Assembly (NCBI GenBank): GCA_964401865.1
Contig: CAYNZZ010000005.1
Coordinates: 30,001 to 62,000 of the forward strand
Length of the DNA stretch: 32,000 bases
Source: an uncultured Erysipelotrichaceae bacterium
GTDB taxonomy: Bacteria; Bacillota_I; Bacilli_A; Erysipelotrichales; Erysipelotrichaceae
Direction: 5' to 3'
Under the pieces are notes generated by a model that did no database searches, was not told the DNA's origin, and saw only the letters and a program-made list of their open reading frames with translations. Made by a program: the position numbers and the translations under genes. Positions within the stretch are counted from its first letter, which is position 1. The number at the start of each line of letters is the position of its first letter. Shown piece by piece: positions 9,722-17,696 of the stretch.

Positions 9722-10279
9722 ATGAGTTTCATCGATTCTTATAAACGACTCGACAGACTGTGCAAAGATTCATTGAATGATAATAGAGGTATAAGCGCTT
9801 ATATCGATAAAATGATGAATTTGCCACTGAGCTATATGCATAGTTATGAATGGTCTAATGATTTAAAGAAGTTAAAACATTATCGCCATATTAGAAATCA
9901 GATAGCTCATGATGTAGGTTGTTATGAAGAAGATATGTGCAATATCGATGACGAGATATGGCTTGATGATTTTTATGAACGCATTATAAAACGTGATGAT
10001 CCATTGAGCATATATTTCAGAACTGTTGCTAAAAAGAAAAAAGAAGAAAATAAAAAACCAAAAGATGAGTTTTTAATCAAAGAAGTAAAAAAAGCTAAAG
10101 AAATAAATCATATCGAAGTCGTCGAATTCAAAACAAAAAAGGTTAATAATCACCGAAGAACTTCAAAGAAAATAAAAAAACATGGTAATGCTTTGCGAAA
10201 GGTATTGATCGGATTGATTATCATTGTTGGTATGATATTTATCTATGCTTTAACGCTTTTTCTAAGAATAAAATTCTAA
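9722..10279 (+). CDS. Hypothetical protein with a Lys-rich linker and a C-terminal membrane anchor
   Basis: Long ORF in the operon direction. The layout is an N-terminal globular part (YKRLDRLCKD...LKHYRHIRNQIAHD), a KKKKEENKKPK stretch, and a C-terminal TM (VLIGLIIIVGMIFIYALTLFL). I do not confidently recognise a family. Confidence 0.5.
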   Translation: MSFIDSYKRLDRLCKDSLNDNRGISAYIDKMMNLPLSYMHSYEWSNDLKKLKHYRHIRNQIAHDVGCYEEDMCNIDDEIWLDDFYERIIKRDDPLSIYFRTVAKKKKEENKKPKDEFLIKEVKKAKEINHIEVVEFKTKKVNNHRRTSKKIKKHGNALRKVLIGLIIIVGMIFIYALTLFLRIKF

Positions 10280-10286
10280 ATCAAAT

Positions 10287-10325
10287 AAAATGATAGCCGA
10301 TATAAATGGCTATCATTTTATTATT
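10287..10325 (+). terminator. Rho-independent terminator after the prs-downstream gene
   Basis: AAAATGATAGCC (10287-10298) pairs perfectly with GGCTATCATTTT (10308-10319), with a 9-nt loop and a T-rich tail. Confidence 0.75.
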
Positions 10326-10486
10326 CAGAACCCATAAGTGCGTATAGATAATTTAAACTCTATTGACTAATGGCTTGCGGTTTTTCTTTAATTGTTTTGC
10401 CAACATTTTGATTATTTCCTCGTTTAAAGTATGACATGTATTAGTAAACAAAATAATTGATGGCCTTTAAATTAATCTATACTTTA

Positions 10487-10519
10487 CTAACGAAAATCTA
10501 ACTTAATTAAGACTATAAT
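10487..10519 (+). promoter_or_regulatory. Candidate promoter of the two-component/ABC operon: CTAAC direct repeats plus a -10 TATAAT
   Basis: TATAAT at 10514-10519 lies 6 nt before the regulator ATG (10526). CTAAC at 10487-10491 and 10498-10502 is phased at 11 bp over the -35 position. No good -35 hexamer is present. Confidence 0.35.
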
Positions 10520-10525
10520 GAAAAT

Positions 10526-11206
10526 ATGAGAATACTAGTTGTTGAAGATGAAAAAGATTTAAATTTTGTTTTGTCTAAAGGCTTAAAGAAAAATGGTTAT
10601 GCTGTTGATCAGGCATATGACGGACAAGAAGCGTTGGATTTATATCACAGCAATCAATACGACTTGATAATATTAGATTTAAATATTCCGAAAATCGATG
10701 GCTTAGAAGTTTTGAGAACTATTAGAAGTAGTGATTTAAACACAAAAATTATGATTTTGTCTGCTCAAATAGCGATCGAACAAAGAGTTAAGGGATTAGA
10801 TATGGGCGCTAATGATTATGTGATTAAACCATTTGATTTTAGAGAGCTTGACGCAAGAATTAGAACACTTTTAAGAATGGATTTTAAAATGAATCCTAAT
10901 ATCTTGGTCGTTAAAGATTTGACATTGAACACCAATAGTGCTGAAGTTTATATCAAAGATAAAAAGATTGAACTTACTAGAAAAGAATATGCAATACTTC
11001 ATTATTTATTGGTAAATAAAGGGAACATTGTATCTAACGAAGAAATATTTGAACATGTTTGGAACAATGAAGCTGATGAATTCTCTAATGCATTAAAATT
11101 TCATGTACATAGTTTAAAAAAGAAATTAGCTAAACATAGCAATATTGAATACATTGAAAATAGAAGAGGTTTGGGTTATAGGGTGATTGTAGATGAAAAA
11201 GATTAG
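10526..11206 (+). CDS. OmpR/PhoB-family response regulator
   Basis: MRILVVEDEKDL, the phospho-acceptor context DLIILDLNIP, and a winged-helix output domain (LTRKEYAILHYLLVNKGNIVSNEEIFEHVW). Confidence 0.92.
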   Translation: MRILVVEDEKDLNFVLSKGLKKNGYAVDQAYDGQEALDLYHSNQYDLIILDLNIPKIDGLEVLRTIRSSDLNTKIMILSAQIAIEQRVKGLDMGANDYVIKPFDFRELDARIRTLLRMDFKMNPNILVVKDLTLNTNSAEVYIKDKKIELTRKEYAILHYLLVNKGNIVSNEEIFEHVWNNEADEFSNALKFHVHSLKKKLAKHSNIEYIENRRGLGYRVIVDEKD

Positions 11207-12449
11207 TTTAAGGCTCAGAATCAGTTTATTAACCGGTACACTTATTTTGATCTCTAGCTTTGTTACTTCATTTTTCGCTTTTGACAACTATAATAAATCG
11301 ACACACGATATTAGGGTTATCGCTGTCGAAACATCTAATAGTGTACAAAGCGAGTCGCAGAGTGAAGCATCGATCAAAGACAAAGAAGAAATAAGCTTCG
11401 CTAACGGAAACGATGCAATGTATGATGAACTAAAATCATTAGAAGATAGTCGTTTAGAAGCCATAAGCAATATTAAACAGAGCAATGATGATGAATTAGT
11501 TGAATACTATACGCAGCTCAACGACAGCTTGACAAGTTCTGATGAAAGATTTTATAAAGCTCAGTTTTTATACAGTGTAGGTGCTTCAATAATGGGTATG
11601 ATAATCGCTTATTTTGCTAGTAAAAAACTAATTAAGCCGATTACAAGATTGGCGCAGGATGTTGAAAATATCGATGAAATAGAAAAGGCACAGCCATTAG
11701 CGATATATAATCCGAAAGATGAAATAGGTGTTTTAACTGCGAATTTTAATAAGTTTATCGAAAAAGAAAAGAAATATTCTAAAAAACAGAGTTCTTTTGT
11801 ATCAAATGTGGCTCATGAGTTAAAAACGCCACTGTCAGTCATGAAAGCATCTCTTCAATTGATTGATGAAAACTCTGATTTTAATGAATATCAAGAAGTA
11901 TTTGCGATGCAGGACAGAAATATTAATCGCTTAAATAATATCATTAATAGCTTATTAGTCGTTAAACAAGAGAATTTAGAAATAGGTAACAAGAGAATTG
12001 ATGAAATAATACTTACTGTGTTAAATGAACAAAAGAAATTGATTGAAGACAAAGAAATAAAGATACATTTAGAGATTAAAAAGATTATTTTAAAGACAAA
12101 TGAAGATTTATTCTATCGTTTGGTGTCTAATTTAATTTCTAACGCAACTAAATATAATAAGACAGGTGGCGATATTTATATTGAATTAAATGATAAGATG
12201 ATGTCAATACGAGATAGCGGCATCGGAATAGAAGAAAAGTATCTTAATGATATCTTTGAACCATTATTCTGTATTGATAAATCACGAAGTGGTGGTAGCG
12301 GTTTAGGATTGTCAATCGTCAAAGATATATGTGATAGTTTAGGATATACTATTGATGTGAACAGTAAATTAAATTGTGGAAGCGAATTTGTGGTGACATT
12401 CAACCAAATAGCTAGTGTTATAGAAAAGGAAGGCGTTTTTAATGAGTAA
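11193..12449 (+). CDS. Sensor histidine kinase with two TM helices flanking an acidic/Ser-rich extracytoplasmic loop of roughly 95 aa
   Basis: H-box FVSNVAHELKTPLS, N-box LISNATKYN, G1 IRDSGIGI and G2 GGSGLGLSIV. 14-nt overlap with the regulator gene. Confidence 0.9.
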   Translation: MKKISLRLRISLLTGTLILISSFVTSFFAFDNYNKSTHDIRVIAVETSNSVQSESQSEASIKDKEEISFANGNDAMYDELKSLEDSRLEAISNIKQSNDDELVEYYTQLNDSLTSSDERFYKAQFLYSVGASIMGMIIAYFASKKLIKPITRLAQDVENIDEIEKAQPLAIYNPKDEIGVLTANFNKFIEKEKKYSKKQSSFVSNVAHELKTPLSVMKASLQLIDENSDFNEYQEVFAMQDRNINRLNNIINSLLVVKQENLEIGNKRIDEIILTVLNEQKKLIEDKEIKIHLEIKKIILKTNEDLFYRLVSNLISNATKYNKTGGDIYIELNDKMMSIRDSGIGIEEKYLNDIFEPLFCIDKSRSGGSGLGLSIVKDICDSLGYTIDVNSKLNCGSEFVVTFNQIASVIEKEGVFNE

Positions 12450-14007
12450 CAAAGATTTTTTAAGTCAGTTTTCTGACGAAAACAAGAAACCGGACAGTTT
12501 CAAAGAAGAGGTGAGAATACCGATTCAAAAAGAAAAGAAACCGATTAAACCATGGATGATTGTCGTGCCGGCAGTAGTTATGGTGTTGCTTCTTGTGCTT
12601 GGATGGTTTTTCTTTTTAAGGCCAACTATTGAAGTGCCTGATTTTTTAGGTAAGACTCAAAACGAGGTATCGCAATGGGTTGTTCAACAGGGCATCGAAA
12701 AGACAGGCATTGTCTTTAATGAAGAGTTTTCAATGGAATATGATAAAGGTGTAATCACTTATCAATCTGTTGATGCCGGAAAGAAAGTAAAAAAAGATGT
12801 TAAGATTAATTTCACGATGTCTAAAGGAGCTGACCCTGATGAAGCTATCACTTTGCCGGATATTAAAAATATGACACAGAGTGAGCTTAATGAATGGAAG
12901 TCAAAGAATAAATTAGACAATACAAAAATCACTACTTCATATAGTGATGAAGTTGAAGAGGGGAATGTAATTAGTTTTAGTTTAAGAGGTTGCGAAGCTG
13001 ATTCTTTCACTCGTGGATGTACGCTAAATATATCGGTATCTAAGGGAAGCGCTCCAGCAGGCACAATTCAAATTACTGATTTCAAGAATAATGCTCTATC
13101 AGCAGTTGAAGACTGGGCAACTAAAAATAAGGTTACTTTAGATGTTCGCCATGTTTTTGATGAAAATATTATGTCAGGGCAAGTTGTTTCAACATCTCCT
13201 TCAGCAGGAAAAACTATTAAACAAGGTGAAACATTAACGGTTATGGTATCACAAGGCAAGGGTATCAAAGTTCCTGATTTCTCTAAAATGGCTAACAAAG
13301 AGATTGATAATTGGGTAGAAGAAAATAGCCAATATGTTGATGTAACAAAGAAATACTTCAATAAAACTGGTTATATCATTTCACAAAATGTTAAGACTGG
13401 TGGAATGATAGGCACTGAAGATAAATTAGAATTATGTCTGAATTTAGGTAATTCTTTCTATTTAGAAGATATAGGCTTAAATGCCAATTCAATCATTGGC
13501 ATGCAGTATGATAAATTGGTTGACGCGTTGAACAATAATCGTTATTTAGGTATTGATGCTTATGCTGGCCAATGGGGTGAAAATAAAGAAGTATATTCAG
13601 ACAAATATAGTAAAGGTCAAGTTGTATCGATTAAATGTGAAGACTCAACTGGAAAAGAATTCTCTTGCAGCGAAAGATTACCGCTTGATGCAAGATTGAG
13701 CGTTGTCTTATCTAAGGGAATAATAAAAGATATTGATATATCTAGTGCGAGAATTAAAGATACCGATTCATTTAACATAAGCAAGATAGTAAGCATCTTA
13801 TCAGGTAATAATATTTCATTCATTAATAAAGCTGATGGCCAGGCATGCAGAATACTTTTAAATGGTGAACCCGTTGAAAAAAATGCAATTAGAGTCATTC
13901 TTGAAGAAGATGAAATAGTACTAGAATCATCTGATGTATCTGATGTAGATGTTCCGGTCGAAATACCTACCACACCAGATACAAGTGATGCAATTTCTGG
14001 CAAATAA
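12442..14007 (+). CDS. Single-pass membrane protein made of tandem PASTA-like repeats, with no kinase or transpeptidase domain
   Basis: TM helix PWMIVVPAVVMVLLLVLGWFFFL. At least four PASTA-like units follow, for example IEVPDFLGKTQNEVSQWVVQQGI...GVITYQSVDAGKKVKKDVKINFTMSKG, ITLPDIKNMTQSELNEW..., IQITDFKNNALSAVEDW...VVSTSPSAGKTIKQGETLTVMVSQGKG and IKVPDFSKMANKEIDNW.... The ATG overlaps the kinase stop by 8 nt. Confidence 0.75.
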   Translation: MSNKDFLSQFSDENKKPDSFKEEVRIPIQKEKKPIKPWMIVVPAVVMVLLLVLGWFFFLRPTIEVPDFLGKTQNEVSQWVVQQGIEKTGIVFNEEFSMEYDKGVITYQSVDAGKKVKKDVKINFTMSKGADPDEAITLPDIKNMTQSELNEWKSKNKLDNTKITTSYSDEVEEGNVISFSLRGCEADSFTRGCTLNISVSKGSAPAGTIQITDFKNNALSAVEDWATKNKVTLDVRHVFDENIMSGQVVSTSPSAGKTIKQGETLTVMVSQGKGIKVPDFSKMANKEIDNWVEENSQYVDVTKKYFNKTGYIISQNVKTGGMIGTEDKLELCLNLGNSFYLEDIGLNANSIIGMQYDKLVDALNNNRYLGIDAYAGQWGENKEVYSDKYSKGQVVSIKCEDSTGKEFSCSERLPLDARLSVVLSKGIIKDIDISSARIKDTDSFNISKIVSILSGNNISFINKADGQACRILLNGEPVEKNAIRVILEEDEIVLESSDVSDVDVPVEIPTTPDTSDAISGK

Positions 14008-14025
14008 AAGAAGGGAGAATATATA

Positions 14026-15645
14026 ATGAACTTTTTTAATCGAGCAATTAAAAATGTAACAAGAAGATGGTCGAAATCGGTTTTGTTGCTTATAACTTTC
14101 TTAGTAATAGGAAACTTTGTTATCATTGGCCTTGGTGTTTCTCAAGCGTCTGAAGATGCCAAAACTATTACTAGACAAAAGATGCGTGCAGTAGTTAACT
14201 ACACAGTTGATAATCAAAAAGTAAATGAATATGTAAATTCATTGACTGATGAAGACGAAATTAATGAATTTTATTCTAATTATCCATCTGTAACTGTTGA
14301 AGATGTTAAAGAGATGTTTAAGGATGAACGTGTCAAGACTGCCAATGCTACTCAATTTAGGCAATTGTATCAATCTAATGACAGCACATTAGATTATGTT
14401 CATTTAGGAAATAGTGCTGAAGAAAACAAAAACGGTGGCGGTATGTGTTACGTTAATCCAAATGGCGAAGAGATTTGTGAAACATATGTTCAACCTGTAT
14501 TTGGTGTAAAGGCCAATTATTTTCCTGACATGATTGAATTCAGTGATGGGCAATTCACAATGGTTGAAGGTCGATTCTATAATCAGGAAGAAATTGATAA
14601 CCATTCAAATGTTGTTGTTGTGCCAGAAGCGTTTGCTGAACACAATAATTTAAGAGTTGGCGACCGCATCAAGATGAATTTAGTTGGGCCAAATAGTTAC
14701 TATTTACAAGAAATCGGAGTAAGTGTCGAAGAAGCGGACATTGAACTGGAGATTATTGGTATATATGAGCATGTTTTTAAAATAACTCCTGATTCGGAGA
14801 ATTTCGATTACTTATCGCCATATGAAAACTATGATAATGTAATGCTAATGCCTATTACTACTCTATATGCTTCTTCACTTAACTTTGAACAAAAAGCATT
14901 TGATTATTATAAAGAATTATATCCTGATGATGAATATTATAATAATCCGGATAATAGGCCAAGTCTTGAAAATATGTCAAGAAATAGTCTAAGCAATGTA
15001 ACATTGTTATTAAATGATCCGCTTGAAGTTGATAAGTTTGTCGCTGAATATGAAAACAATATTCCTGAGTTCTTGTCGTTGGATGCTAATAACGATGAAT
15101 TTAACCGTTTATCCAAACCGTTAGATACATTGAGCTTGTACGCTAACTTCATCGTTTGGTTAGTTGTGATCAATGCCGTTGTCATCATTACCCTTGTTAC
15201 CGCATTGACATTAAAGACAAGAGAATATGAAATCGGCGTTCTTCTATCGGTTGGTGCCAGCAAGTTTAAAGTCATTGCTCAATTCTTTGTGGAATTAGCT
15301 ATTGTTGCCGTTTTAGGTTTTAGTTTGTCGATAGTAACTGGTAGTATGATTGCTAATAAAGTCGGTCAAACTGTTTTGAATTATCAGATTGAAAGTAGCG
15401 GCGTTGATGAAGATAATGATGACGATTACTGGATATATGATGATTCAAATAGTGTATGGAGTAACGATTATTCAAGTGATGTTACATTAGATGACTTCGT
15501 TGAAGGATATAGCGTATCGGTATCACCTATTATTATTGCTGAAATATATATTGTGGGATTAGGAATTGTATTAATATCTATTTTAATTCCATCGATGATG
15601 ATTATGCGTTTCAATCCAAAGCGTATTTTGATGAATCAGAACTAG
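14026..15645 (+). CDS. MacB/FtsX-type ABC transporter permease (4 TM, large extracytoplasmic domain)
   Basis: N-terminus NRAIKNVTRRWSKSVLLLITFLVIGNFVIIGLG, an external domain of roughly 330 aa, and a C-terminal FtsX-type bundle (LKTREYEIGVLLSVGASKFKVIAQFFVE). SD AAGGGAG. Confidence 0.85.
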   Translation: MNFFNRAIKNVTRRWSKSVLLLITFLVIGNFVIIGLGVSQASEDAKTITRQKMRAVVNYTVDNQKVNEYVNSLTDEDEINEFYSNYPSVTVEDVKEMFKDERVKTANATQFRQLYQSNDSTLDYVHLGNSAEENKNGGGMCYVNPNGEEICETYVQPVFGVKANYFPDMIEFSDGQFTMVEGRFYNQEEIDNHSNVVVVPEAFAEHNNLRVGDRIKMNLVGPNSYYLQEIGVSVEEADIELEIIGIYEHVFKITPDSENFDYLSPYENYDNVMLMPITTLYASSLNFEQKAFDYYKELYPDDEYYNNPDNRPSLENMSRNSLSNVTLLLNDPLEVDKFVAEYENNIPEFLSLDANNDEFNRLSKPLDTLSLYANFIVWLVVINAVVIITLVTALTLKTREYEIGVLLSVGASKFKVIAQFFVELAIVAVLGFSLSIVTGSMIANKVGQTVLNYQIESSGVDEDNDDDYWIYDDSNSVWSNDYSSDVTLDDFVEGYSVSVSPIIIAEIYIVGLGIVLISILIPSMMIMRFNPKRILMNQN

Positions 15646-15657
15646 AAAGGGAGCCTT

Positions 15658-16332
15658 ATGTCAGAAATATTAAAACTTGAAAATCTAAACTACTCATATG
15701 TTGATGGTGGTTATGAAAGACAAATCTTAAAAGATTTAAGTTACACATTTGAAAGTGGAAAATTCTATACTATTTTAGGTCCATCAGGTTCTGGTAAGAC
15801 TACATTACTTTCAATTATTGCCGGTCTTGATACTCCTAAGAGTGGTAACCTATATTTTAATGGACAAAATTTAAAAGAAATCGGTTTGCATCAATATCGT
15901 CGTAATAAGATTTCTATCGTTTTCCAACAATATAATCTAATTAGTTATTTAACAGCGGTTGAAAATGTTGAACTTGCAATGTCAGAAACCGATAATCAAT
16001 TACCAAAAGATAAAAAGGCTGTTGCTTATAATCTATTAGAAAAGTTTGGTATTGTTAAATCTAAAGCCGATCGTTTGGTAGGACAATTGTCAGGTGGTGA
16101 ACAGCAACGTGTAGCTATTGCGAGATCTTTAGCTAGTAATGTCGATCTAATCTTTGCCGATGAACCAACCGGAAACTTAGATACGGCGACAGAAAAAGAA
16201 ATAATTAATATCTTCAAAGAGTTAGCTCATGATTATAATAAGACCGTTATTGTGGTAACACACTCAGATGAAGTAAGCAAATTATCTGACCAAAGACTAT
16301 TATTAAGTGATGGTATATTAAAAGATTTGTGA
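15658..16332 (+). CDS. ABC transporter ATP-binding protein (MacB/LolD-like)
   Basis: Walker A GPSGSGKTT, Q-loop VFQQYNL, signature LSGGEQQRVAIAR, Walker B LIFADEPTGNLD and H-loop VVTHS. Confidence 0.92.
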   Translation: MSEILKLENLNYSYVDGGYERQILKDLSYTFESGKFYTILGPSGSGKTTLLSIIAGLDTPKSGNLYFNGQNLKEIGLHQYRRNKISIVFQQYNLISYLTAVENVELAMSETDNQLPKDKKAVAYNLLEKFGIVKSKADRLVGQLSGGEQQRVAIARSLASNVDLIFADEPTGNLDTATEKEIINIFKELAHDYNKTVIVVTHSDEVSKLSDQRLLLSDGILKDL

Positions 16333-16352
16333 TTTTTCACAAATCTTTTTTA
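16321..16352 (+). terminator. Rho-independent terminator of the five-gene operon (stem includes the stop codon)
   Basis: AAAGATTTGTGA (16321-16332) pairs perfectly with TCACAAATCTTT (16337-16348), with a TTTT loop and a T-run to 16351. Confidence 0.8.
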
Positions 16353-16423
16353 TTGATTACTTAGTGACGAAGCTTTAATAGTTCAAATATTAAATAATGT
16401 AATTTGTTTACCTATATAAAACA

Positions 16424-16963
16424 TTATGGCAATTTATACCCAAAGTTTTCTTGGGTAAATTTTTGTGTTATTTTGTATTCATTTTTGACAGCTTCATCTA
16501 ATTCTTTAAAGTAAACTGCAAAGTCATCAGAAACAAATTTGTAGACAATTCTTGCGTTGTTATTGCTATAAACTGCTTCTCCATTATCGCAAAACTTAAT
16601 ATAGTCATTAGTCTTACTATTTTTCACGATATAACAAGTGCCAGTTACTGCCCCGTCTTTTTCCATTATTTCTTTTTTTGATGAGGCAATTTTTTCAAGA
16701 GAAGTTAAGATTGTCAATCTAACTTCAAGAATGTCTTTTTCAAATTGAGTGGTATCAATATCTTCATAAACGGTTTCGACTTCATCGCTTAAATTTATTT
16801 CACGATTATAACCATTATCATTATATAGAGTAAGATCGTTTCTGTTTTTGATACCTAAGTTAGAAATACCACTACTTTTATCGCAACCAGTACATAGAAT
16901 AATTAACAAAAATGAGAAACTTATCGTCATTATCGACAGTATTATTTTAGTTATTTTTTTCAT
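16424..16963 (-). CDS. Hypothetical lipoprotein
   Basis: Signal peptide MKKITKIILSIMTISFSFLLIILCTGC with a lipobox-like L-C-T-G-C. I recognise no family. Confidence 0.6.
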   Translation of the reverse strand: MKKITKIILSIMTISFSFLLIILCTGCDKSSGISNLGIKNRNDLTLYNDNGYNREINLSDEVETVYEDIDTTQFEKDILEVRLTILTSLEKIASSKKEIMEKDGAVTGTCYIVKNSKTNDYIKFCDNGEAVYSNNNARIVYKFVSDDFAVYFKELDEAVKNEYKITQKFTQENFGYKLP

Positions 16964-17234
16964 TTTCTTGCCAACCTTTATCTATCGGTTTTATCGATTT
17001 TTGGCGTAAAACAGTACAATTAGAAAACCGAAAATAATGTACTGTAATCACATAATGCCTGTTTTATACCTCGATATTGGATGATAGCTATCCTTAATAA
17101 AACTTTCTCTTTTCATGCTTTCATCTTAACATAAACATTATTGCGACACTAATCAACTAAAATGTATTTTGAAAACTTATGTATTTTAGTTGATGCAATC
17201 TTTTCTACCAAGATATAATAATTTAATCGTATAA

Positions 17235-17615
17235 TTCCATATCTCTTTGATAAGATGCACATATATTGTTGATAAAAACTATCGTCTATTATATGGATAT
17301 AATTGTTTTGAAATTAAGCAACCGGATGAAGAAATCAAGAGTTATGTTGAAAGTTAATTAATTAAGTTGAATTACACAGTCGATATCGTACTAACCCACA
17401 CTTGTCCATATGTGTTTGGACCGGTTGAAATGTTTTTATCGGGAATAAATCAAAACACAGTCGATGATTCAACATAATATTGGTTAGATGATATTGAGCA
17501 GAAGTTGAACTACAATAATTGGTATTTTGGGTATTACCATGGTAGTAAAATAATTAATGCTAAGGTAAGAATGTTATTTGAAGATATCATGAGATATTGT
17601 GATTGTGAATTATAA
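17235..17615 (+). pseudogene. Metallophosphoesterase (phage-type Ser/Thr phosphatase-like) C-terminal remnant with in-frame stops
   Basis: A single frame reads ...CTYIVDKNYRLLYGYNCFEIKQPDEEIKSYVES*LIKLNYTVDIVLTHTCPYVFGPVEMFLSGINQNTVDDST*YWLDDIEQKLNYNNWYFGYYHGSKII...*. TAA stops interrupt it at 17355 and 17475. The LTHTCP and WYFGHYH-like motifs are typical of the C-terminal part of this family. No N-terminal half is present. Confidence 0.6.
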
Positions 17616-17696
17616 TCCTTTCTAGAACATTTTTATGAGTTATTTGACTTATAAGCAATAAAATATTAGAATAATTAGGCATACTAGAGGTAAATT

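Noticed and set aside
12762-13361. Two minus-strand ORFs (12762-13064 and 13068-13361) inside the PASTA gene
   Set aside because: These are shadow ORFs antisense to a gene with clear repeat-domain structure. They have no motifs and no translation signals.
13930-13947. Tandem 9-mer TCTGATGTA x2
   Set aside because: It lies inside the PASTA protein's acidic tail (encodes SDVSDV). It is a trivial coding microduplication.
13617-14126. 169-aa minus-strand ORF spanning the PASTA/permease junction
   Set aside because: It is antisense to two well-supported plus-strand genes. Its composition is low-complexity (Ser/Thr/Ile-rich), typical of a shadow frame in AT-rich DNA, and it has no SD.
14404-15275. 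Minus-strand ORFs 14404-14604 and 14937-15275 inside the permease gene
   Set aside because: Shadow frames of the FtsX-type permease with no independent support.
17152-17194. 12-bp inverted repeat ATCAACTAAAAT ... ATTTTAGTTGAT with a 19-nt loop, considered as a terminator or transposon end
   Set aside because: There is no T-run after the stem, no matching second end or target duplication, and it lies within decaying non-coding DNA.
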